Made by a program: the position numbers and the translations under genes. Shown here in pieces: positions 26,088 to 36,617 of a DNA stretch of 64,000 nt. The stretch lies in UHGV virus genome UHGV-0367612; one strand, given 5' to 3'. The stretch's first letter is position 1. Each line of letters begins with the position of its first letter. This stretch comes from a virus. Below the pieces are notes generated by a model that saw nothing but the letters and a program-made list of their open reading frames with translations, did not search any database and was not told the DNA's origin.

Positions 26088-27887
26088 TTATATTTGCCTA
26101 AACCCATCTTCAAAGTTGGATTGTTTAATTACTGTGAATTGGTTCATGTCGTAATAAGTATTTAAAAGTAACATGTATAATAATATTGTTTTACCATCAG
26201 TCTCAGTAATACTATCCCAAGCACCCTCTGTAGTTTCTGCCCCAGATTGTACATTACCTCTTAGAGCACCTGGGTTTACAAGAAATACCACTGGGTAGTT
26301 ATTTGTCCATGGTCTATGGGCTGTTACAACTCCTCCCATATTCTTATCTGTATCACCAGTTGAATCATACAGAATAGTTAATAGTGCTACTGGATCCTCT
26401 ACGTCAGTGAATACAAGTTCTTGATTTAAGAGGTCCATAAATACTATTGAACCACTTATCAAATTTGTACTACCACCGTTTCTATGATAAGCTGGTAAAG
26501 CTTGTAATACCCAATTACTCAAAGTTTGTTGGGTATATGATGATTGTCCACCATATAATATCCTTAATCTAATATCATATAGTTTGGATGTCTGGGTAAT
26601 CTTTACAGTGATTGTCTGCTCAGAATCAAATCCAGGTAAGTATGCTACAACTGTGTTGTTACCAACAATAAAAGCATTCTTTGGTATTAAGAAAACTGTA
26701 CCAGAACCATCTACATTGAAATTCAATCTACCAAGGTTACAAGCTGTATGTATGTACTCTGTACCTCTCACAGTAAACTTATACCCAGTTGCCCCACCTC
26801 CCCTTATACTTGAATCTAGAGACCTGTTAATATAAAATTTAATATAATCATCTGTGACAGTAGATATGTCAAGTTCTATGGTTGTTGCTTTTTCTCCATT
26901 AGGTTTAACCCTGTTATCAATACAATCAAACCTATTGGTTATCATACTAGATATAGACCCACCACTACATACAAAAACCCCACTGTGTTTTAAACTATTT
27001 ATAGGTAAATATCCTCCTGTATATGAACCTATCATATTACCTATATACCTGTTAAATACAATCTTCTTCTCTGCATCTGTTAATTTTCTATTCCATAATA
27101 CAAAATCCTGTATATCTCCACACCACCAGTCCTTTGGAGTACCTGTAGTTTGAAAACATCTCCCTAACCAGATGTTACCGTCCCAACCTCTATCTCTATC
27201 ATTATAGTTCACATTACCTTTTTGGGCAGTTGTTAAATAAGTACCATACCTATACCCATTAAGATACATACCTCTTCCTTCTAATGTACTATCAAACTCT
27301 AATAACAGGTGCATCCATATACCCAAAGTTTGTGGCCATACATCTGAGTTTATACAATAACTGCCATTAACGTTTGGACTCACTTGGTTTTTTGGATATT
27401 GTTGGAATTGAAATCCTTTAGATAAATCTTTACCATCTCTTGCTGCTACAGCGTAACCTAATCCAATAGAATTGTTACCAGAAATAACTCCTCCCATTAA
27501 TCCATTCCTTGTAGTTTCTTGAGTTACTACTTGAGGATTTATTAACACTGATATAGTGAATGGTCCAACTACTTTCGCTGCGGCATTTAAGGCTACAGCA
27601 AATTGGCACATACATTGAAGTGACTTTCTACCATCTATACCCTCACCCCAAAAGGTAGTACCTGTAGAACCAATTGGGTTGTTATTATTACCAGAGTAAT
27701 CTAATAAATCTCCATTTAATGGCATTAATATAGTTGGATTTAATCCTATAATAGGATCGTCTGGCCACACTTGTACCACCGTGTTACCGGTGGTACATAT
27801 CCCTATCTTCTTTATGGTTTTCTTTGCCCCAGTGGAATCTACTAACATCCCAGCTTTGAGCGATTGATTTGCTATCTTTATTCCCAT
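26088..27887 (-). CDS. tail fiber / receptor-binding protein
   Basis: 599 aa, Gly/Asn/Thr-rich beta-type composition. Follows the giant fiber gene. Confidence 0.4.
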   Translation of the reverse strand: MGIKIANQSLKAGMLVDSTGAKKTIKKIGICTTGNTVVQVWPDDPIIGLNPTILMPLNGDLLDYSGNNNNPIGSTGTTFWGEGIDGRKSLQCMCQFAVALNAAAKVVGPFTISVLINPQVVTQETTRNGLMGGVISGNNSIGLGYAVAARDGKDLSKGFQFQQYPKNQVSPNVNGSYCINSDVWPQTLGIWMHLLLEFDSTLEGRGMYLNGYRYGTYLTTAQKGNVNYNDRDRGWDGNIWLGRCFQTTGTPKDWWCGDIQDFVLWNRKLTDAEKKIVFNRYIGNMIGSYTGGYLPINSLKHSGVFVCSGGSISSMITNRFDCIDNRVKPNGEKATTIELDISTVTDDYIKFYINRSLDSSIRGGGATGYKFTVRGTEYIHTACNLGRLNFNVDGSGTVFLIPKNAFIVGNNTVVAYLPGFDSEQTITVKITQTSKLYDIRLRILYGGQSSYTQQTLSNWVLQALPAYHRNGGSTNLISGSIVFMDLLNQELVFTDVEDPVALLTILYDSTGDTDKNMGGVVTAHRPWTNNYPVVFLVNPGALRGNVQSGAETTEGAWDSITETDGKTILLYMLLLNTYYDMNQFTVIKQSNFEDGFRQI

Positions 27888-27898
27888 AATATTTCTAT

Positions 27899-30800
27899 TT
27901 ATCCTACTTCAAAATAGATGTTCCCTGCCGTACCAGTTGTGGGTAATGTAGTTACTATATTTAAAGTATAACCACCCCACTTTGTTGAATTATCAGCCTT
28001 ACCATTAAGATCACCTATAAATTTATTAGCGTAAATACTAGCCAAATTATTTGACCTATCACCTTTCAAGAACCTGTAGTATGATATAGGGTTTGTTACT
28101 GCTTTTGTCTTACCTGAAAAGTTAATGTTAAGTATTGTTCCAGCACTACCACTCCCGTTTAATATCCCCACATCTGGGATGAAATTAAATTGGTTCTCAC
28201 CTACTATAAAATCATTATTGGCATCTTCTCTAGCCACCCCAGATATCTCGGAAGCTGTGTATGTGGGTTTTGTTGCTGCTTTAGCCCAACTATATACATC
28301 ACTTGCAGGCATAGATGAAGGGAAATCAGTGATTTGTGATTTGGTATGAGTATGAGCTGATGGCGTAAAGGTTGATGGTTTTCCAGTTATAGAACCCCAG
28401 GCTATTGATGGTTTCACTACAGGAGGAGTTGTCAACTGTGTTACAGCAGATAGATCAGTTAAGAAACTTACTGTAACTCCAGATAATACAGTATTATATG
28501 CTGAGTAACCCCTATCTATCTCATTAACCCATACTTGTGGATAAGCCCATGAGTCACCAGATGAACCGATTATGATAGCACAATGTCCATTATAATAACC
28601 TAACCTTACAGTATACTCATATCCTTCTATTGTACATGTGGTATTCACCCATGAGGAACCTGAGTAATTATAACCCCAAATATGTATACGTGAAGATTTA
28701 CCAGTAAAGTAATGAAATATTGTCACAATATAGTGGGCCATCGTTGAAATCCAACCGTACGGAAGCTCTATTACTATTGCCCCGGTTTTATCTGTACTAG
28801 CTACATGTCCCCCTAAATCATGGAATATAGCATTCTCCTCGAATGTATCTGGATTTAATCCCCTAATAGCTATTTGTTTACCAGCTATAAATCCTCTAGC
28901 ATCACCTGAAGCTTTACTTATCTCAAAGTCGGGTGTCCTACCCATCATTGAGTTAGCAGTAACTCCATTAGTTAAATCCAACCCTGCGTGCCACCTTAAC
29001 CTTGTCACATTATTTTTTGCCCAAATAGCAACACACTCATTACCTTGAGTATCATACCCTATACCTCCACCATAAGCACCTCCCAAATCATTACCCCTAA
29101 AGTTTAAGGTTTTACCATTATTAATATTGATATTCCCTTTTGAATATATACCCAATGAAGGTACTTTAGTGTAATCTGCCCAACTATCTGATACAAGTAA
29201 GTCCTTGATATTAATCCCTTTAGCAGTGTTTCTACCAGCAACTATACGACCTCCACCATCTGAATAAGAATACCAACCAAAGTCTGCTGTTGCCCCGATC
29301 TGTAATCCAGATATAGCTCTTATTAATCCAGCTGTTATTCCAGCATAAGTACCACCAGTACCGTTATAAAAATTATAGGTAGTAATGGCTGCTCCATCCT
29401 GAGTACCTAACCCATTTCTATAGTTAATAGCTACGGTTGTTTGAGTTTTATTGGCAAAGTTAAATTCATTACCATGAGATATCATGTTATTGTCACTTGC
29501 TCTAATAGCGAAATCTACATCTCTAGTTAACTCAGATACCTTACTTGGAATTGCCACTGAAACAGCTGCAGAACCATTATAGGTTTTGGATTGATATCCT
29601 GTAAATGTAAGGGCATAAGGATTGGGTAATGATCCTGGTATACTTGGGATTGTAGGCTTATCACTTAAGTCATTATAACTACCAGAAGTAGCTACAGTAG
29701 CAAATGTGGGTTTCCCTTGTAGTGTTGCCCAAGTAGGATATGCTGGAAGGTTTCCTGAATGGTAGATGATTTTTGATCCCCATTGTACTTTATCAGGATA
29801 CACTCTCAATGTATTTTCACTGCTGTACTCATTACCCTCAGTACCAAAAAATAAGTAATTAGGTACTTCTCCATTTCCAAAAATACCCAATGTACCTATA
29901 ACATCCCTACTACCAGTTGCAGCCTTGGTATGTCTAAAATAAAACCCATAAGACCAACCTCCAGTTCTAGTACACAATGCACTAACAGATTCCCCAAACA
30001 TGGGGGAGTCACCCTCTTTATAATATTTTGTTAGGTCAGAAGTCTGTACTGGATTAGGTAGGTTGTAAGCATCCCAAATTTTGTAGTTAACATTATTCCT
30101 TCTGTGGATAAGGTCGTTAGCCGCTGATCTTATGTAAGTTGTACCTAGGGATGTACTAATGTAATTCTCACTACCATTAAAGGCTAATAGAGCATATCCA
30201 GAAGCGTTATATATACCCCCAGTTGTTAAATTTGCCCCACCATCTTTTAACCATAGAGGTCCTATATTCCTTCCACCTGCAATAGGGATGTAATTAGCTA
30301 AGTCGGTTGTACTTGCAGGAGATGGAAGGTTTAAGGCATCCCAAATGGCATAATTTGTACTACCAATCTTGTGTTGTAAAGCTGTATTATTTGCTGATTC
30401 TATGTATGTACCACCAGAATTAGAACCAAAGTACTTATTCCCAACACTATCTACACTTAATAATTGTTCTGATCCATTACGGAGAGTCCAAGATCTTTGT
30501 GGTACATACAAATCACCAGTCATGGCATGAGAAGATCCACCTGATCTAGGGATATAATTAGTTCTAATATCTGTTAAATCATCAAGGATATTCTGGATAA
30601 TGTCTGGGTTATTTTGTAAAGCCTCAGCTAATTCTCCCAAAGTATCCAATACATCTGGAGCATCACCTATAAGGTCTTGGATTTTCTGAAGTACAAAATC
30701 CTCGGTAGCCTTAGCATCCCATGTATCTTTATCCTGTTTGGTTACGTGAACGTTGGCATTTGCTATGTGAGTAAGTATGGGTTGAATCCTACTCAACTCT

Positions 30801-32719
30801 GATTGAGTGATAACATCCAGAGTGGTGTCGTCTATTGGGTCTACAGAGATACATACTCTATCAACTTTGTTTGTTGACCAATCAGCCGGCTTGGTTACAA
30901 CAGCTTCTCCCTCCCCATCAGGTACCTCTACATCAGGCATTTTAGCTGTGGGAGTGAATACCATCTCTATCGTCAAGAAGTTATTAGTAGATGAATCCAA
31001 TGAGGTTGTATTCAATTCCACGTATCCATTGTATACACCCTCTAAATCACCAGTCAATAGAGAAATTGCTCCTAATGTTGTACCAGATTTACCATTCTTA
31101 ATTGTGATTTTTACAGAAGCCTGCTCATTCACTAGTGTATCAAAATCCATAGAACAATATAACTTGTTAGTTAATTTTATTCTATCCACTAGTGAACCAG
31201 TTAGGATTACTGTACCAACTACAGAGTTAGTAGTCCCAACCATCTCACTGTTCTGTTTTAAAAGGATTGAGTTATTATCTCCCCCACAACATTCGGTTAA
31301 TCCAACTGAATAATCCCAGAAGGGTGTTACTGGTCTACCAGTCCCAGTACTACCACTATTATAAATAGCCTTAATTGGGTTACTCATATCAAGGATAGAG
31401 TAATTTACCCCTACTCTGGCAAGATCTAGAATTTGTTGGATTTGTTCATATATTAATACCTCTCCATCTGATGTGGCAGAGGCTCCTGATTTCAATTTAC
31501 TCTCTGATGTGTACTTGGGAATGATCCCAGCTGCTGGAGTAGAAGATGCTCTACTCACGTCATAGAAATGTTCTTTCGGATATAAACCAGTGACTGTGTC
31601 AGAGGCTAAAGGTATCTCAAACCCAGTACCAGCTGTATTGGTTATGGTTGCTTTCTTATTGGGTTCACTATATGAATAAGCCAAGTTAACCCACCACATA
31701 GTTTTTCCGATAACTCTCCATTGAGTACCATCTTTCATCACTACATCACATGATGTAAAGTTTTGTCCTGTTACAGCATCTGTGATAGTGGTTGTGGGAG
31801 TTGCTAACTTACTTACGTAAAATACTGCTCCGTCTTTCTGGCTATTTATATCTGGTATTCCGGCAGAGTTACCAGCTTCTCCAACAAAGTGTAATACTTT
31901 ACCCATGTCAGATATAGCTGAGTCTACCAGGTCAAGTACTGCCTTTTGAATTGTGGCTCGGTAATACTTACCATCTGCTCCCATGACAAGTATCTCATCA
32001 TTAGCCACTACGCTTGTTTTTGACCCTTGTCTACCTATTATGGTATCAATGTAAGCTTTTACTATCTTGTTAGAGATTGCCTTTGTAGATGTATCTGACA
32101 TTGTCTGATCCACAATCTCGGGATGAGCGTTGGGATCCTTCATGTGGTTAATTAACTCTTGTCCAATCTCCTCTCCTGAAGTTTCAAGGTCATTTATTTG
32201 GTTTTGTAAATCAACATCTTTAGCATCTAGCCTAGCCATCTCACTATCATGTTTTGATTCTAGGTTATCTAAAGCCTCTTGAGTGGCAGTAGATATGGGT
32301 TTATCTAAGTCTGAAGTGTTGTCTACATTTCCAAGGCCAACATCAGACTTGTTTAACCAAATATCTTTATCTAAAGCATACCCATTCACTTTTCTTGTGA
32401 TAGGAACATACTTCAGTAACTCTTTATATACTTGATCACCCGTAACAAATCCTTGTGAATCCTGAACTACAGAACCACTGAAATACTCTTTGATTTGGTT
32501 AGGTGTTAATATCTCTGGTTCAGGTAGTTTACCTTGAACCATCAACATCTCTTCTCCTGTTAGTGGCATCCCAATATTGGGGAAACTATCAGGAAATATT
32601 ACATAGTCTCTTCCGCCAATGGGTTCAGTAGCTCGGCTACTTCTTAAGAAATAAGGAACGAACGGCTCATCGGAAGAAGGTTCTATTGGATATTTTGAAT
32701 TATTCTTAAAATTACTCAT
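27899..32719 (-). CDS. giant tail fiber / spike protein (1606 aa) with internal tandem repeats
   Basis: Very long ORF, Gly/Ser/Thr/Asn-rich. Tandem ~60-aa repeat TYI(E/R)SA(N/A)N...N(Y/V)(A/K)IWDA(L/Y)NLP(S/N)P...(S/T)DL(A/T)(N/K)Y at nt ~30020-30420. Coiled-coil N-terminal region. Confidence 0.5.
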   Translation of the reverse strand: MSNFKNNSKYPIEPSSDEPFVPYFLRSSRATEPIGGRDYVIFPDSFPNIGMPLTGEEMLMVQGKLPEPEILTPNQIKEYFSGSVVQDSQGFVTGDQVYKELLKYVPITRKVNGYALDKDIWLNKSDVGLGNVDNTSDLDKPISTATQEALDNLESKHDSEMARLDAKDVDLQNQINDLETSGEEIGQELINHMKDPNAHPEIVDQTMSDTSTKAISNKIVKAYIDTIIGRQGSKTSVVANDEILVMGADGKYYRATIQKAVLDLVDSAISDMGKVLHFVGEAGNSAGIPDINSQKDGAVFYVSKLATPTTTITDAVTGQNFTSCDVVMKDGTQWRVIGKTMWWVNLAYSYSEPNKKATITNTAGTGFEIPLASDTVTGLYPKEHFYDVSRASSTPAAGIIPKYTSESKLKSGASATSDGEVLIYEQIQQILDLARVGVNYSILDMSNPIKAIYNSGSTGTGRPVTPFWDYSVGLTECCGGDNNSILLKQNSEMVGTTNSVVGTVILTGSLVDRIKLTNKLYCSMDFDTLVNEQASVKITIKNGKSGTTLGAISLLTGDLEGVYNGYVELNTTSLDSSTNNFLTIEMVFTPTAKMPDVEVPDGEGEAVVTKPADWSTNKVDRVCISVDPIDDTTLDVITQSELSRIQPILTHIANANVHVTKQDKDTWDAKATEDFVLQKIQDLIGDAPDVLDTLGELAEALQNNPDIIQNILDDLTDIRTNYIPRSGGSSHAMTGDLYVPQRSWTLRNGSEQLLSVDSVGNKYFGSNSGGTYIESANNTALQHKIGSTNYAIWDALNLPSPASTTDLANYIPIAGGRNIGPLWLKDGGANLTTGGIYNASGYALLAFNGSENYISTSLGTTYIRSAANDLIHRRNNVNYKIWDAYNLPNPVQTSDLTKYYKEGDSPMFGESVSALCTRTGGWSYGFYFRHTKAATGSRDVIGTLGIFGNGEVPNYLFFGTEGNEYSSENTLRVYPDKVQWGSKIIYHSGNLPAYPTWATLQGKPTFATVATSGSYNDLSDKPTIPSIPGSLPNPYALTFTGYQSKTYNGSAAVSVAIPSKVSELTRDVDFAIRASDNNMISHGNEFNFANKTQTTVAINYRNGLGTQDGAAITTYNFYNGTGGTYAGITAGLIRAISGLQIGATADFGWYSYSDGGGRIVAGRNTAKGINIKDLLVSDSWADYTKVPSLGIYSKGNININNGKTLNFRGNDLGGAYGGGIGYDTQGNECVAIWAKNNVTRLRWHAGLDLTNGVTANSMMGRTPDFEISKASGDARGFIAGKQIAIRGLNPDTFEENAIFHDLGGHVASTDKTGAIVIELPYGWISTMAHYIVTIFHYFTGKSSRIHIWGYNYSGSSWVNTTCTIEGYEYTVRLGYYNGHCAIIIGSSGDSWAYPQVWVNEIDRGYSAYNTVLSGVTVSFLTDLSAVTQLTTPPVVKPSIAWGSITGKPSTFTPSAHTHTKSQITDFPSSMPASDVYSWAKAATKPTYTASEISGVAREDANNDFIVGENQFNFIPDVGILNGSGSAGTILNINFSGKTKAVTNPISYYRFLKGDRSNNLASIYANKFIGDLNGKADNSTKWGGYTLNIVTTLPTTGTAGNIYFEVG

Positions 32720-32801
32720 GGCTTTAAGACTTAAAACGAAAAAACCGAGTTAACTGACAAGAGCAACTCGGTTTCTTACGCATGTAATTGGAAATAATAT
32801 A

Positions 32802-33365
32802 TTACTTCTCTCCCTCTTCAGGGTCTTCTTCGGAATTTTTTTCGAGCTGATAAGCATAGTCTAACTTTTCTTCGAAACTCATAGCCTTGTAAGCTTTTTG
32901 CTCTTTCTTTTCAAGGTCATAGGTTTCCAGGATGTACTTATCCAATTCGGTTTCGTCTTTTGCAAAGACATCCTCCTTACCGGTGGAGAGTAACTCGATA
33001 CGAGCTTCAAAAATGGCTTTCTCTTTCTCAAGGGTAGAAACTCTTTCTAAGGCTTCTGTAAGAAGTTGAGATTTCTCTGAGTTCTCATTTCTCAAGGATT
33101 CTACCTCTGCAAGAATCTCAGATACATCTTCTTTATCTACCTTCACTCCTTGTGGTCTTTCTTGGCCCATCTTTTCCATATAAGCCTCTACCTCTTCAGG
33201 AGTTGCTATACGAATATGGCCATTACCAAGTGCTGTCATGAACGTACCGTCCATCATAGCTTTTTCCGGAAATTCTTTTATTTCACCGGGAAGGAGCTTA
33301 AATCTAAGGACTGAAGAATAAAAGCTTGCAGCCTTTGCTCCTAATCTAGCATATTGTTTTGCCAT
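32802..33365 (-). CDS. coiled-coil acidic head-associated protein (scaffold-like?)
   Basis: 187 aa, very acidic and helical C-terminus. Directly downstream of the major capsid gene. Confidence 0.3.
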   Translation of the reverse strand: MAKQYARLGAKAASFYSSVLRFKLLPGEIKEFPEKAMMDGTFMTALGNGHIRIATPEEVEAYMEKMGQERPQGVKVDKEDVSEILAEVESLRNENSEKSQLLTEALERVSTLEKEKAIFEARIELLSTGKEDVFAKDETELDKYILETYDLEKKEQKAYKAMSFEEKLDYAYQLEKNSEEDPEEGEK

Positions 33366-33446
33366 AATTATAATAATCTTGTTTACACTCTAAATATTTA
33401 CTAGAAATAAGAATAGGGAGAGAATTTTCCCTCCCTAAAACTCATT

Positions 33447-34568
33447 TTAGTTTTTCAATTCAACAATTTGTTTTGAATTGATATCGAAAGCAGCCGGGAA
33501 TCCGTTGGTAGCAAAGTCTTTGGTCTTATCCAAGATGATCACTGAATCTTTCCAAAGCTTAGCAAACCCAATTTGCAATGAAGCATAGAATGCTTCCGTT
33601 TGGTTAGAAACGATTCTCTCAGATTCAACCTTCAACGGGAACCCATTCAATTTCAGCAAACCTGCTGATTTGTCAAGCATAAGGATTTGATCTTCGTCAA
33701 CTCCACCATGGATGAAGAAATCCAAGTTTTGAGGGATCGGAGTTTTGATGTTCAGGTTAGCCCGAGTGGTACCTGATTCACGTTGACTGAATTCCGGAAG
33801 ATCCAATACATCGATTGCCATTTCCTCCCCACCAATCAAGGTAGACGGAGTACGTCCAAGACGAGACATACGAACCAAGATTTTCAAAAGGTCACGATAG
33901 GCAACAGTTCCCACCGTCTTAACTCCAATTACAGGAGCAGCTTCTGAACCATCTTTCTGTTCTCCATTGATTGCACACTCAATTGCTAATCCATCAACCA
34001 CGTGACCAAGCAATACCCCGAAATCTTCCAAGAAAATGGAAACAAGGTTCAGAGATGAATACATCTTGATTTCATCGGTAAGAGAGATACCACGTCCAAT
34101 CTTGAACATAGTGTATTCTTTCTGACCGAAAGAAACAGCTCCCAATGGAATTGTCTCAGCTTCATTTACTTTACGAGGAGCAGCATCTGACATATTGATG
34201 TACGGTACTTTCATTACCGGGCCAGACATTTGCTCTTCTCCACGAATAATGTTCGGATAAATAGGTGCTCCCCGATATCCTTTTCTCAATGCTGCACGGA
34301 AGATTTCCGGAACGATCCAACGAATTTGGTCAACCTCTGCCTGATTCAAGATCATGGCAACGGTATCTTGGTTCGGGTTGATTCCCATCTTGTACAAGTA
34401 AGAATCAAACTCCATATTGTATTTCAGTTTGATGTAATCTTCAACCAACACATCGTTGGGTCTTTGAGCATCAAAACGCAAGGCATTCAATTCATCGAAT
34501 ACCGTCTTAACTTCTTGGCGGAGTTTGGTTCTCTCAGCCTTTTGCTCTGCTGTTAATTCAAGTGCCAT
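33447..34568 (-). CDS. major capsid protein (putative)
   Basis: 373 aa. Lies in the portal / protease-scaffold / small-protein / capsid order typical of HK97-fold head modules. Preceded by a strong RBS-like spacer. Confidence 0.5.
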   Translation of the reverse strand: MALELTAEQKAERTKLRQEVKTVFDELNALRFDAQRPNDVLVEDYIKLKYNMEFDSYLYKMGINPNQDTVAMILNQAEVDQIRWIVPEIFRAALRKGYRGAPIYPNIIRGEEQMSGPVMKVPYINMSDAAPRKVNEAETIPLGAVSFGQKEYTMFKIGRGISLTDEIKMYSSLNLVSIFLEDFGVLLGHVVDGLAIECAINGEQKDGSEAAPVIGVKTVGTVAYRDLLKILVRMSRLGRTPSTLIGGEEMAIDVLDLPEFSQRESGTTRANLNIKTPIPQNLDFFIHGGVDEDQILMLDKSAGLLKLNGFPLKVESERIVSNQTEAFYASLQIGFAKLWKDSVIILDKTKDFATNGFPAAFDINSKQIVELKN

Positions 34569-34600
34569 TTTTATTTGGTATTATAAAGTTTCACAATTTG

Positions 34601-35098
34601 TTACGCAACCGTAATATTCATCGGTGCATCTAACACAAGGATACGCATTTCCGGAGTGTTGTCATTCTCACAAGGTTCCATAGCGATAGCTACTACAGCA
34701 CCAGTTGCAGCAATCTTGGTTGCAATCAAGTGAGGATATGCTCTGATATCAGTTTCCGGGAATGTTGCCGGTACTCCATCTTCTCTCGTAACTGTAACAC
34801 CATCACCGGCTTTGAATGCTCCGGCAGATTCTGCGTAAAGGATAACGTGTCCTACAAGGATTGATACTGTAGTGATACCACCTGCAACAGCACCATCCAA
34901 AAGGTTGATACCGATATATTTACCGGAACCATCATTCACGTATGACTTGATTGAACCATCTTGCAATAACATTACAGGTTCACCCGGAAGAATCGGTTTT
35001 GCTTGAGTAGTTGAAACAAGGAATTGGTTTGCCAACTTATCCTGTTCTCTTTTGTAAATCGCGGTAAACGAAAGTCCACCAAATTGGTCTCCGTACAT
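34601..35098 (-). CDS. Gly/Ala-rich head protein (decoration or scaffold candidate)
   Basis: 165 aa between the protease/scaffold gene and the major capsid gene. Confidence 0.3.
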   Translation of the reverse strand: MYGDQFGGLSFTAIYKREQDKLANQFLVSTTQAKPILPGEPVMLLQDGSIKSYVNDGSGKYIGINLLDGAVAGGITTVSILVGHVILYAESAGAFKAGDGVTVTREDGVPATFPETDIRAYPHLIATKIAATGAVVAIAMEPCENDNTPEMRILVLDAPMNITVA

Positions 35099-35164
35099 AA
35101 TTGTCTATTTTTATTTGTTATTAATTTCCTGCAATTAAACTAAGTTAAGGTCTGGAAGTTTATT

Positions 35165-36616
35165 TTACTTCTTCTCTCCCTTAAAATCTCTCCGGTAAAT
35201 CAACTCTTCTTTGATACTCTCGAAAGAACGAATTTCTTTGTCATCATTGTTCTCGTTGTCGTTTGAGTTGGATTTGAAAGAAGAACGAGAGATATCGTGG
35301 CCTCCACAATTCTTGCAAGTTAAGGGAGCATCTTTCTCCAGCTGAGCTTGGTATTGAGCAAGCATTGATTTTGCCTCTTTGGCATCGGCTTTGTTGATAA
35401 GAGCAACAATAGCTTCATCCTCTGTTTTACCCTCTTCTAAGGTCATCTTGTAAAGATTGATAGCCTCTTCTCTCAATTCTTTCAGATGATCTTCACCAAT
35501 CTGAATAAACTCTGCTTTCTCTTTCAGAGCTCTCAATTCGGTTAACTCCGTGGTCATTGCATTGAATGACTCTTGAATCTTATCCCAACCGGTAACATCA
35601 CCTAACTTCAGAGAAGCAGGGTCTACCAGTTTATCCATGTTCGCCTTGAAAGCATCCAAGGTCGTTTTAAAGTTCTCAGTGGTCATTCCTGATAAACCCA
35701 AAGCCTGAGAAGCTAAATTAATGATTTCTTCTGGGGTCATAACTTTTTGATTATTTTGGTTACTGTTAATTCTGAATAGTCCGTTGAAAGAGTTTGTCTC
35801 TTCATTTAGAACAGACTTAAGGTTCCTCCAATCTACATTGTAAGCAAAATTGGTCTGGTCTACTTTTACTGACTGTTTCTCTGCAAAGTTGGGTAACACG
35901 ATTTTACCATTCTCATCAAGTTTTTTTGCAAAGGGGTCTGCTCCATGAGGGACTAAAGATAACTCCATGTAATAAACTATCTCAGTAGCTATCTTACGAA
36001 CGAGTTGTCCTTTCTCATCATAGGTACCCATCTTCTCGTAAAATTCCCATTCTTTCTCAAATGAGTGAGAAGGTTTCCACCGATAAACAACAGTACATGA
36101 TACCGAGTGAATTGATGGAGGGGTCATATTCAACCCACGTGCAATATTGGGATGAGATTTGGCATCAATCTTTAAACGAGCGTTAATTCCAGCCGGAATA
36201 GTTTTGTCGCCCACCTTGTAAGATTCTTGCCAAACATTATCTACTACTGCACCCAGCTCGTTACCCACTTGCATATCATGGTTAGGATAAATTGATTGAC
36301 CAACCATAAGTCCCATAGATTTCTTAAGAACATCAACTGGAAACTCAATCAATCCTCTATCTGATATAACAACTGTGTTAGATAACATCCGGAATAGTGG
36401 TTGGATGAACTCACCATCCTTGGCAGTGAAATCTTCTTCCTTTGCTTCAGGATAATAAGTGTTAAATGCAGGTGGATCATTCCAGAATCCGAAACTTGAT
36501 TGATCTTTCATGTTTTGACCCAGCTCCTCTTTTAATGGAAGTTGGGTCGGTATATTAGAAGCAATCAGAGATCGAATCCCACAAAGTGTAACCTGCTCTT
36601 CATAAATCTCTTTCAT
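35165..36616 (-). CDS. prohead protease / scaffold fusion candidate
   Basis: 483 aa immediately downstream of the portal. Helical, coiled-coil C-terminal half with a CKNCGG zinc knuckle. Confidence 0.35.
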   Translation of the reverse strand: MKEIYEEQVTLCGIRSLIASNIPTQLPLKEELGQNMKDQSSFGFWNDPPAFNTYYPEAKEEDFTAKDGEFIQPLFRMLSNTVVISDRGLIEFPVDVLKKSMGLMVGQSIYPNHDMQVGNELGAVVDNVWQESYKVGDKTIPAGINARLKIDAKSHPNIARGLNMTPPSIHSVSCTVVYRWKPSHSFEKEWEFYEKMGTYDEKGQLVRKIATEIVYYMELSLVPHGADPFAKKLDENGKIVLPNFAEKQSVKVDQTNFAYNVDWRNLKSVLNEETNSFNGLFRINSNQNNQKVMTPEEIINLASQALGLSGMTTENFKTTLDAFKANMDKLVDPASLKLGDVTGWDKIQESFNAMTTELTELRALKEKAEFIQIGEDHLKELREEAINLYKMTLEEGKTEDEAIVALINKADAKEAKSMLAQYQAQLEKDAPLTCKNCGGHDISRSSFKSNSNDNENNDDKEIRSFESIKEELIYRRDFKGEKK

Positions 36617-36617
36617 G

